Below, in pieces: positions 42,101 through 52,900 of a stretch of 64,000 nt of DNA. Every line of letters starts with the position of its first letter. Position 1 is the stretch's first letter. Position numbers and translations under genes: made by a program. The DNA is from Phyllobates terribilis. Its lineage: Eukaryota. Below the pieces are notes generated by a model that made no database searches, was not told where the DNA came from, and saw nothing but the letters and a program-made list of their open reading frames with translations. The stretch is from NCBI RefSeq assembly GCF_046119375.1, contig NW_027362769.1, positions 393,142,001-393,206,000 of the forward strand. Direction: 5' to 3'.

Positions 42101-43509
42101 CAGGGTCTCGGCTGTATACATGGAGTGGACGGGGTCTCGGCTGTATACAGGGGTCTCACCTCTTCTCTCTCTATAGGACGTATTTTCCTAATCACTCTCT
42201 GATGAGGAGTCGCTTCCTGGTTTATCTACAGGACAAGTAAGATCTTCCCTCTGTGTTACTTCTTCAAGGGGAACTCCACATGGCACAGTATGTTCCAGCA
42301 TGTCATGGGTTAAACCTCCATGTACGGCTGAGACCCCCTTATAGCCACCTGGTGCTCATACTGAGATATCTCATGTCTTCTCCAGTCACAACCAAAGTGA
42401 AAGTGATAACTGACCCCTGAGAACAGGACAGTCATGTGACCTGACAGCCTGAGCTCCCACAATGCACTGCTCTGTGGACTCAGGAAGCCGGTTATATACA
42501 GTGGTGTGAAAAAGTGTTTGCCCCCTTCCTGATTTCTTATTCTTTTGCATGTTTGTCACTTAAATCTTTCAGATCACAAAACAAATGTAAATATTAGACG
42601 AATATAACACAAGTAACACAAAATGCAGTTTATAAATGAAGGTCTTTATTACTAAGGAAAAAAGAAATCCAAACCTACAGGGCCCTGTGTGAAAAAGTGA
42701 TTGCCACTCACTTAAAACATGAATTAACTGTGGTTTATCACATCTTTGGGAAGCTGAGTTCACTTTCCCCTTCCACACACAACATGAAACATTTAAGTGA
42801 CAAACATGCAAAAAAGTAAGAAATCAGGAAGGGGTCAAACACTTCTTCACACCACTGTATGTGGCTGTGACCCCGCACTATTATATTATATTACGTCACG
42901 CCCTCGGCCTCTTCTGTGATGTCACCGGGTATAATGAGACGATTCATTTTTCTTACAGACTGATTATGAGGAAAAGTCTATTCCAGCACCTCCAGGCCAG
43001 AGGCATCCAGGTAACCGACCCAGTCATATAGCGGATGTGATACTCTGCAGAGGTCTTATGGACAGTCTGCAGCGGTTCTATAATGGATGTGATAGTGTGC
43101 AGCGGTCATTTGATGAATGTGATAGTGTGCAGCGGTCATATGATGGATGTGATAGTGTGCAGCGGTCATATGATGGATGTGATAGTGTGCAGCGGTCATA
43201 TGATGGATGTGATAGTGTGCAGCGGTCATATGATGGATGTGATAGTCTGTAGTAGTCATATGATGGGTGTGATACTCTGCATACCTATTCTTGTGTCCTC
43301 TGTTGCGCCCCCTACAGGTTTACCTTTGGGTACTGAACCAGGACTCTGATTTCCGGCGAGCCTTTGACTGTGGGGTCACCGGGGTTATGACCGATTACCC
43401 CTCGAAGCTTCGCACCTTCCTGCAGGAATATGAGGGGGAGCAGAGCACACGGGGGGCCGAGGCCCTGGCCACCTCCTCAGGAGGAGAGCAGCAGAGGACG
43501 CACATGTGA
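30198..43509 (+). CDS. GDPD3: Lysophospholipase D GDPD3 (GDE7; GDPD1/GDPD3 family). Exons 30198-30336, 30642-30684, 36982-37117, 37386-37431, 37516-37634, 38582-38671, 39780-39913, 42177-42236, 42959-43010, 43318-43509
   Basis: N-terminal TM segment, ISHRGG|AGEKIENTMEAF, SDLLELDCHMTKDGRVVVSHD, PINVEIK, TIWAS, LLYYTGLLPF, LIMRKSL, GVTGVMTDYPSKL. All junctions are GT-AG and in phase. GDPD3 is preferred over GDPD1 because it adjoins a Tbx6-class gene, as in human 16p11.2. Confidence 0.92.
30770..36925. repeat. About 19-21-bp G-rich minisatellite, 6.1 kb, GDPD3 intron 2, with about 1.2-kb higher-order repeats
   Basis: Unit gggggcagcgttgatctgt(a/g). Near-identical peptides recur at offsets of 1193-1213 bp in the ORF track. 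Confidence 0.97.
37870..38545. repeat. About 40-45-bp C-rich minisatellite, GDPD3 intron 5
   Basis: Unit atgaccccagtat(g/t)ccccctatgtacccgc(c/t)gtgtgccccc(c)gt. Confidence 0.9.
39286..39647. repeat. 15-bp minisatellite, GDPD3 intron 6
   Basis: Unit gaggaccctgcccgc, about 24 copies. Confidence 0.95.
39935..42150. repeat. 29-bp then 27-bp G-rich minisatellite filling GDPD3 intron 7
   Basis: gggtgtgggcggggtctcggctgtatcca grading into gggtgcagggggtcttggctgtataca near 41000. Confidence 0.95.
42499..42857. mobile_element. Non-autonomous Tc1-type deletion derivative (359 bp), GDPD3 intron 8
   Basis: TA|CAGTGGTGTGAAAAAGTGTTTGCCCCCTTCCTGATTTCTT ... AAGAAATCAGGAAGGGGTCAAACACTTCTTCACACCACTG|TA. Confidence 0.85.
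43036..43265. repeat. 30-bp minisatellite, GDPD3 intron 9
   Basis: Unit gatagtgtgcagcggtcatatgatggatgt, about 7 copies. Confidence 0.9.
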
Positions 43510-43525
43510 CTTATGTAACGATGTA

Positions 43526-43539
43526 AATAAAGCTTTATT
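43526..43539. terminator. Back-to-back polyadenylation signals of convergent GDPD3 (+) and T-box gene (-)
   Basis: AATAAAGCTTTATT is a perfect palindrome carrying AATAAA on each strand. It lies 17 bp after the GDPD3 stop and about 400 bp after the T-box stop. Confidence 0.7.
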
Positions 43540-43935
43540 ATACAGTATTGTACAGCTCGTGGGGTGGCGGCGGCCATCATAGTGGAGACCACACATGTCA
43601 AGCACCAAGACCCCAGAGACGTCTCACCTCTGCGGGGGTACAATGTGCTCCTCAGTCATCTCTGCAGAGCCTCCCCGGCCTCTGTGCTGCAGAGAATTCC
43701 CCGACGTCTCTGCTGCAGAGAATTCCCCGACGTCTCTGCTGCAGAACATCTTCCGCTTCACCCCTCGTGGCTTCACCCCTCGGCCATTATCTTCCTGGAC
43801 ATTCTGCTCTGCCGGTCACTCGGCTCCGCTCAGGCCAGGCACTCGGCTCCGCTCAGGCCGGGCACTCGGCTCCGCTCAGGCCGGGCACTGTAGTCCTCTG
43901 TGCTGCTGTGCAGGCCCCATATCGTGCTCGTGTCA

Positions 43936-46900
43936 TCAGAGGCCTCCGGAGGAGGTATGAGGGGGCAGATACCAGGGCGGCGTACACACCTGCTGCAGGA
44001 AGGGGGCGTGCAGGGCAGAAAGGGGGTAACTCAGTCTGACTGGCGGAGAGGCCCAGGAGCCCATAAAATAGGAGGGAACGGGGGGCAAATTAGAGGCCGA
44101 GGGAGGAAACGGCGCCAAAGCGGAAGGAGGCGGATGAGCCAACCTGTAAATGAAGAGGAGCGGTGAGAGAGCGGCGAAGCAGGAGGGAGGCGACAAGTGC
44201 AGAGACAACGACCTACCTGTGACCTCCAGGGCAGGAGCGGGGGCTGTAGGCCGTCACTGACTGCGCAGAGGGGGCTGCCCACATTGGTCTCTGTGTTATG
44301 GGGTCCCACTGTACAAGACTGTCCGTCCGGTGTGCCCGCTCCTCTCTGTCCTCTGTAGCTTCCCTGTGTGTCAAGTCTCTGCCCTGGGCCGTTCGTGGGG
44401 TGTCTCTGGGACTCTCTTTTCCTGGTGTCTGTCTCATTTCTCTTTCCTCCTCTCTCTTTACTGTGACCTCCCGCCTCTCCTCTTCCTCCGCTGCGCTCTT
44501 CTCTGCTGATACAAGACGTCGCTCCACAACCTCATCTACTGGACTCTCCACTCTGCTGTCTCTCTGAGCGACTGTCAGCTCCTCTGCACTCTCTCTATGT
44601 CTCTTCATAACTGAAAAAAGACAGAAAACATAATCACTGTATATTATATATAGCCGAGCGTCCCCGCAATATAATAATGTAATGTAGGTACACAGTGACT
44701 GCACCGGCAGAATAGAGAGTGCAGCTCTGGAGTATAATGCAGGATGTAACTCAGGATCAGTAATGTAATGTATGTACACAGTGACAGCACAAGCAGAATA
44801 GTGAGTGCTGCTCTGGGGTATAATACAGGATGTAACTCAGGATCAGTAATGTAATGTATGTACACAGTGACTGCACAAGCAGAATAGTGAGTGCAGCTCT
44901 GGAGTATAATACAGGATGTAACTAAGGATCAGTAATGTAATGTATGTACACAGTGACTGCACCAGCAGAATAGTGAGTGCAGCTCTGGAGTATAATACAG
45001 GATGTATCTCAGGATCAGTAATGTATGTACACAGTGACTGCACCAGCAGAATAGTGAGTGCAGCTCTGGAGTATAATACAGGATGTAACTCAGGATCAGT
45101 AATGTAATGTATGTACACAGTGACTGCACCAGCAGAATAGTGAGTGCAGCTCTGGAGTATAATACAGGATATAACTCAGGATCAGTAATGTAATGTATGT
45201 ACATAGTGACTGCACCAGCAGAATAGTGAGTGCAGCTCTGGAGTATAATACAGGATATAACTCAGGATCAGTAATGTAATGTATGTACATAGTGACTGCA
45301 CCAGCAGAATAGTGAGTGCAGCTCTGGAGAGTAATACAGGATGTAACTCAGGATCAGTAATGTAATGCATGTACACAGAGACTCCACCAGCAGAATAGTG
45401 AGTGCAGCTCCGGAGTATAATACAGGATGTAACTCAGGATCAGTAATGTAATGTATGTACACAGTGACTGCACCAGCAGAATAGTGAGTGCAGCTCTGGA
45501 GTATAATACAGGATGTAACTCAGGATCAGTAATGTAATGTATGTACACAGTGACTGCACCAGCAGAATAGTGAGTGCAGCTCTGGAGAGTAATACAGGAT
45601 GTAACTCAGGATCAGTAATGTAATGTATGTACACAGTGACTGCACCAGCAGAATAGTGAGTGCAGCTCTGGAGTATAATACAGGATGTAACTCAGGATCA
45701 GTAATGTAATGTATGTACACAGTGACTCCACCAGCAGAATAGTGAGTGCAGCTCTGGAGTATAATACAGGATGTAACTCAGGATAAGTAATGTAATGTAT
45801 GTACACAGTGACTGCACCAGCAGAATAGTGAGTGCAGCTCTGGAGTATAATACAGGATGTAACTAAGGATCAGTAATGTAATGTATGTACACAGTGACTG
45901 CACCAGCAGAATAGTGAGTGCAGCTCTGGAGTATAATACAGGATGTAACTCAGGATCAGTAATGTAATGTATGTACACAGTGACTGCAGCAGCAGAATAG
46001 TGAGTGCAGCTCTGGAGTATAATACAGGATGTAACTCAGGATCAGTAATGTAATGTATGTACACAGTGACTGCACCAGCAGAATAGTGAGTGCAGCTCTG
46101 GAGTATAATAAAGGATGTATCTCAGGATTAGTAATGTAATGTATGTACACAGTGACTGCACCAGCAGAATAGTGAGTGCAGCTCTGGGGTATAATACAGG
46201 AGGTAACTCAGGATCACTAATGTAATGTATGTACACAGTGACTGCACCAGCAGAATAGTGAGTGCAGCTCTGGAGGATAATACAGGAGGTAACTCAGGAT
46301 CAGTAATGTAATGTATGTACACAGTGACTGCACCAGCAGAATAGTGAGTGCAGCTCTGGAGTATAATACAGGATGTAACTCAGGATTAGTAATGTATGTA
46401 CACAATGACTGCACCAGCAGAATAGTGAGTGCAGCTCTGGAGTATAATACAGGATGTAACTCAGGATCAGTAATGTAATGTATGTACACAGTGACTGCAC
46501 CAGCAGAACAGTGAGTGCAGCTCTGAAGTATAATACAGGATGTAACTCAGGATTAGTAATGTATGTACACAGTGACTGCACCAGCAGAATAGTGAGTGCA
46601 GCTCTGGAGTATAATACCGATGTAAGTCAGGATCAGTAATGTAATGTATGTACTGTAAGGTAGCGGTATTGATCATGTTGAGGGGGCACTCACTTCACCG
46701 GGTCAATTAAAGCACTCAAGCCACGTTTTCCAGTAAACTAAAGTCCAGCAGTTTATTACACGTCATAAACTGCTTATAACACAGTCCATCTCAGTGGCTC
46801 GCAGGCATGTTACACATGTAATGTCCTAGAGCCTTTCCAGTGGCAGCTATGCCCGCTTGGCTTTAGATATAGACTTCAGCAAGGTACAACATCAGTGTCC

Positions 46901-49900
46901 ATATAAAGAACCATTTTTACCTTTGCTGGGTCTTAGCTGCTTCTCTCAGCTCGGTTCTGCCACAGCTGTGGCTTTAAGGCTTCCCAGCCGTGGTCTTCAA
47001 GCCACGTGCCTTCCAGGGCAACTGCGTCCCAAACACAGGGATTTAGCCTCTTGCCTCTCCAGGCCTCTCTCTTCCAGCCTCTCCAGGCTAATGGTGTCCC
47101 ACACACAGGGATCAGGCCTCACGCCTTTCACACCTGTTTCAAAACTACCAAGGTTTATATATCAGTCTGTGCGCACAGGACCTGTGATGATGTCACAGTC
47201 ATGTGATCAGTCACCTGAGGGGATGTACATGGTCAGCCAGAACACACCCCCTGGACATTTTAGCAATGCAGTAAGTTGCTGCATTACATATCCCCCCCCT
47301 CTGTTCAAACTTGTGGGGTTGAACACATAATATACACAATCACCTTATAACCCACAGTTCACACAGAGACCATGTACTTGACACTTGCGTTGTCCAGCCC
47401 CTGGAATATTAGTCATCGACATTAACCCATTCCTTAGGGACCTACCATCTGTCATTGTCACTGACTTCGTCAAGTCACCTTTCCGGGTCGTAACCTTGTC
47501 AGACCTCCCCCGCTCCCAGCGGTCAGTCGTAACCTTGTCAGACCTTCCCCGCTCCCAGCGGTCAGTCGTAACCTTGTCAGACCTCCCCCGCTCCCAGCGG
47601 TCAGTCATACAGCGGTGTGACTCACATGCCCTGGTATCTAAGGTCCGGTTCGACTCCGTACTGTCCCGTACTCTATTGGGTCGTTTGTATGGGCCACTTA
47701 GACGTGAGTTACTGGAGGTCTCACTACCTCTAAACCCACGTCCACTACTCTCAGGACATCTTGAAAGGTCCCTAACTCCAGCTATAGCTGTTCTGTTATT
47801 TAGGGGGCCCTTTCTCTGTCTGGTCTCACAATTTCTAGACGGCTGCCACCTTCTGCCGCTCAGGCGATGCTGTCTATCCACTCGCAGTCTGGCGAGATTC
47901 AACTGTTCTACCTCTCGCAGGTAGATCACTCGGTACTCCATCAGCATGCGTATATATGCAAGATTTTCTTCCGTTTCTACAGCGGAGAATGACACCATGC
48001 CATCTTCATCTGGTATCCAGTCCTGATGATCACGTGGACTGCTTACTTTCACCACACCCGACATCTTTACCATCATCTGCATGGCTCGACCATTTCTCCC
48101 AATGAGCTTTCTCACCAGAGCCTGAGGCACCCGGATGACTTCTTCCCGCAGACTGTGAGCTTTTCTCATAAGCTCCAGTTGTCTAATGGCTTGTTCCGTC
48201 TTCAACCGGAGAAACCGCTTTGTGCGAATACATCGCCAGTGCATTTCACTTAGGATCGCCACCCTCTTCACTGTGACTTCGGTTGTGGACAGGACCACCA
48301 GCCGTTTAGCTTCTGAGGTCGAGTACACCTTTCAGGCTCCCACGGCCTTCTTAAACTCTTCATGCACGGACTCACTGGTGCATTCTGCTCTCAAATCCTC
48401 GGGTACATCTATGAGGCACTTGTACCGAGAGGTTTCTGTCTCACCAGTGGTCTCCAAACGATCATCTGGCTCAGGTTTCAGGGGCAACTGACTTTCAGCT
48501 TCTTCACCCTGTATGCTTCCCCTGAGCTGACTCACAGCTACAAATTCAAGAATTTTCGTCTTGACCACTTCCATTTCATACTTATCTTCTGTTAACACTC
48601 TCTTAGCTCTCCTCAGGTCCACCTTCTCATGGTATAAGGGAGTGAGTGCAACTTGTTTGCCCTTTTCCTTCTCCAAGGAGGCCTCGTTCACTGAGTGATA
48701 CTTTGCCAGGCGACCTTTGAGCTCGACAATTTCTTCCTCTAGTTCAGCTACTCGCCTCTCAGCAGCCCATCTCTGAAGCTCTTCCTGATTCAACTGCTCC
48801 TTTAACAGTAGAGTTCTCTCAGACCTCTCTGTCTCCAATGCGCCCTCTCGGCTCTCAACAGCCAGTCTCTCAAACTTCTCTTGCTTCCAATGGGCTTGTA
48901 GCGACTCCTTGAGCTCCTTGATCTCGGCTCTTACATCCACCGAATCATCCGAGCTCGCCTTATTCGAGGAAGTATCTGTTTCATATCTCCCATCTCCAGT
49001 GGCCAACTCCTGACCCTGGTCTGTGGCTTCTCCGATAGACTCCTCCATCTTTTTCCGCCCAGCTTCCATCTTGCTGATTCTTTCCTTAAGGCACGTCTCT
49101 GCCCTCTGGAGATTATCACTGAATGTCTGTAGCTCCTTCACCTGAGCTTCCAGACCTAGGGTCTTTCTGCGGAGATCATAATTTACATCACGGGTGTCCT
49201 GCAGAGTGGTCTCAACCACTTGGCGCCTGTGCTCTGCATCCGCCTTATCATCCTCTAGTTTTTCCTTAACCTTGAGGAGATCCTCATAGTCTCTCTTAGT
49301 TTGTTGCAGTTCCCTATTGAACTTTTCATGCCTCATTTCTGCCTCTTTCAGGGTGGATAGCTCCCGGTCTCGCTGGTACAGAGAGTCCACCAGCCGCTCC
49401 TTCTCCTGAATTAGAGGCTTTACTTGGTCCTGGAATTGCTGCAGCTCCCTCATTAGTTCACCATGCTCCTTCTTGGATTCACACAGCTCACGGTTGAACT
49501 GTTCGCGCAGTCGTTCTAGGTCTTGATCACGTCCAGAAACTTCATCCTGCAGCGCCCCTTTTAAGGCAGACAGCTCTCTATCCCTCTGGAGTAGACCCTC
49601 ATCCAGCCTTTGCTTCTCCTGCATCAGCTCTAACTGTACCAGGGAGAAATGATCTTTCATCTCGCATAGCTCATCTTCAGACATCGCTTTGTCAAACTGC
49701 AACCGAACAACCTCCTCTTGGGTTCTGCGGAGGTCCTCTTTAATTTTCTGGAACATCTCCTTCCATTTGTTGATTTCCTCGCTGCTTTCCTCCAGTTTTT
49801 GCTGCCCATCACTCTGACGCTGCTGCCTGATAGGCTCCAGCTCTTGGTCATGACTGGCCACCTCCTCTTTCAGGGCTGTCAGATCCTGATCCTCCTGTCT

Positions 49901-52900
49901 CAGTACTGTACCGGAGGTTGCTACTGGCAAGGTCACCTCTTCTTCTGCCTCTAAAGGAGGTTCCACACTTGGAACAAAGGCACACAGCAATACATTTTTT
50001 TTATTTTCACTTTTAGCAAAGACTACAGGAGCAACCTTTTTGTGGCCCTTATGACGTCGACGACGAGAGGGGGACTCTCTCCCCTCATCTAGCCCCTCCT
50101 GACTGAACTCTCTTTCTACTTTCATAGCGTCACCATCAGTTGTGGGGTCTGTGTCACTCCCCATGGTGTCGTGGACCAGCATATCACCTCCCACCTTGAC
50201 GTCAACCCCTTCTACTGGAGCTACCCCGTTATCAACGGTCAAATTGTCATTTTTAGGCCGTACCAACCCACAATCAGTAACAAATTTTGGTTTTCTATAC
50301 TCCACGCTCTTTTGAAAATCCGCCCCCTTTTTAGACTCCGCCCTCTTTTGGACAACCAAACCTAAAGGGGGTACTTTAACAAAAAAAAACGCAACAGTCT
50401 TAGGACCCAGTTCACAACATGTCTTACCACCTCCCTGGGCACTCTGGGATAGTACCGGCGCCACAGGAGAACTCAAGGAATGGTCCGCTGCCACCATTCT
50501 GTAAGGTGCCAACAGCTCCTGCCGTTCCTGCACCAAGTCCTGTTGCCGTTTCTCAAATACCTGCTGTTGTTTTTCAAATACCTGCTGCAGGCACTTTAAT
50601 CGCTCAACAGCTTCAGTCTCATTTGCTGCTCCCTTCACAGCCATCTTTATCAGCTCCTGCATTTCTTCAGGATACTCTATTTTGTTGAAGAGCATTTGCA
50701 GCCGGTCATTTAACCCCTTCTCCATTCCGTCTGGGGATACTGCTCACACCGCTCTCCCCGGAAAAATTTTCGTGGCCACACCAAGCCACAGCAAACCAGG
50801 TTTGAGTGCGACAACAATTTTCGTAACCCCGCCGAGTTACAGCCAGATGCTTTAATCTTCATGGCCCCGCCGAGCCACAGCAAACCAGGTTTGAGTGCGA
50901 CGACAATTTTCGTAACCCCGCCGAGTTACAGCCAGATGCTTTACTCTTCGTGACCCCACCGAGCCACAGCAAGATGCTTGCATCCACGTTCGTCGTCCTG
51001 TGCCATTACCCCTTGCAACCAGGCTGCAGTTGCCCACGTTCTCTAACCAATTGTAAGGTAGCGGTATTGATCATGTTGAGGGGGCACTCACTTCACCGGG
51101 TCAATTAAAGCACGCAAGCCACGTTTTCCAGTAAACTAAAGTCCAGCAGTTTATTACACGTCATAAACTGCTTATAACACAGTCCATCTCAGTGGCTCGC
51201 AGGCATGTTACACATGTAATGTCCTAGAGCCTTTCCAGTGGCAGCTATGCCCGCTTGGCTTTAGACAAGACTTCAGCAAGGTACAACATCAATGTCCATA
51301 TAAAGAACCATTTTTACCTTTGCTGGGTCTTAGCTGCTTCTCTCAGCTCGGTTCTGCCACAGCTGTGGCTTTAAGGCTTCCCAGCCGTGGTCTTCAAGCC
51401 ACGTGCCTTCCAGGGCAACTGCGTCCCAAACACAGGAATTTAGCCTCTTGCCTCTCCAGGCCTCTCTCTTCCAGCCTCTCCAGGCTAATGGTGTCCCACA
51501 CACAGGGATCAGGCCTCACGCCTTTCACACCTGTTTCAAAACTACCAAGGTTTATATATCAGTCTGTGCACATAGGACCTGTGATGATGTCACAGTCATG
51601 TGATCAGTCACCTGAGGGGATGTACATGGTCAGCCAGAACACACCTCCTGGACATTTTAGCAATGCAGCAAGGCGCTGCATTACAGTACACAATGACTGA
51701 AAAAGCAGAATAGTGAGTGCAGCTCTGGAGTATAATACAGGATGTAACTCAGGATCAGTAATGTAATGTATGTACACAGTGACTGAAAAAGCAGAATAGT
51801 GAGTGCAGCTCTGAAGTATAATACAGGATGTAACTCAGGATCAGTAATGTATGTACACAGTGACTGCACCAGCAGAATAGTGAGTGCAGCTCTGGAGTAT
51901 AATACAGGATGTAACTCAGGATCAGTAATGTAATGTATGTACACAGTGACTGCACCAGCAGAATAGTGAGTGCAGCTCCGGAGTATAATCCAGGATGTAA
52001 CTCAGGATCAGTAATGTAATGTATGTACACAGTGACTGCACCAGCAGAATAGTGAGTGCAGCTCTGGAGGATAATACAGGAGGTAACTCAGGATCAGTAC
52101 AGGATCAGTAATGTAATGTATGTACACAGTGACTGCACCAGCAGAATAGTGATTGCAGCTCTGGAGTATAATACAGGATGTAACTCAGGATCAGTAATGT
52201 AATGTATGTACACAGTGACTGCACCAGCAGAATAGTGAGTGCAGCTCTGGAGTATAATACAGGATGTAACTCAGGATCAGTAATGTAATGTATGTACACA
52301 GTGACTGAAAAAGCAGAATAGTGAGTGCAGCTCTGGAGTATAATACAGGATGTAACTCAGGATCAGTAATGTATGTACACAGTGACTGCACCAGCAGAAT
52401 AGTGAGTGCAGCTCTGGAGTATAATACAGGATGTAACTCAGGATCAGTAATGTAATGTATGTACACAGTGACTGCACCAGCAGAATAGTGAGTGCAGCTC
52501 CGGAGTATAATCCAGGATGTAACTCAGGATCAGTAATGTAATGTATGTACACAGTGACTGCACCAGCAGAATAGTGAGTGCAGCTCTGGAGGATAATACA
52601 GGAGGTAACTCAGGATCAGTACAGGATCAGTAATGTAATGTATGTACACAGTGACTGCACCAGCAGAATAGTGATTGCAGCTCTGGAGTATAATACAGGA
52701 TGTAACTCAGGATCAGTAATGCAATGTATGTACACAGTGACTGCACCAGCAGAATAGTGAGTGCAGCTCTGGAGTATAATACAGGATGTAACTCAGGATC
52801 AGTAATGTAATGTATGTACACAGTGACTGCACCAGCAGAATAGTGAGTGCAGCTCTGGAGTATAATACAGGATGTAACTCAGGATCAGTAATGTAATGTA

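Larger units (their letters stand above)
46654..51685 (-). mobile_element. LTR retroelement (Ty3/gypsy-like structure), non-autonomous, carrying captured host-gene ORF
   Basis: Direct repeats 46654-47288 and 51052-51685 (TGTAA..TTACA ends, about 11 differences). GTAC TSD at 46650-46653 and 51686-51689. PPT AGAGGGGGGGGATA at 47302-47289. PBS-like TGGTTAGAGAACGTGGGCA at 51049-51031. No RT, IN or PR motifs seen. Confidence 0.95.

Noticed and set aside
47385-47924. 179-aa plus-strand ORF, and ORFs within the LTRs (46857-47330, 51320-51700)
   Set aside because: An antisense shadow of the FXR1-derived frame and LTR-internal frames starting at non-ATG codons, with no recognisable domain.
47345-50725. 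Interpretation as an ordinary processed pseudogene of FXR1 or cingulin
   Set aside because: No poly-A tail or L1-type TSD. It is bounded by LTRs, PBS and PPT, and fuses at least two genes in one frame.
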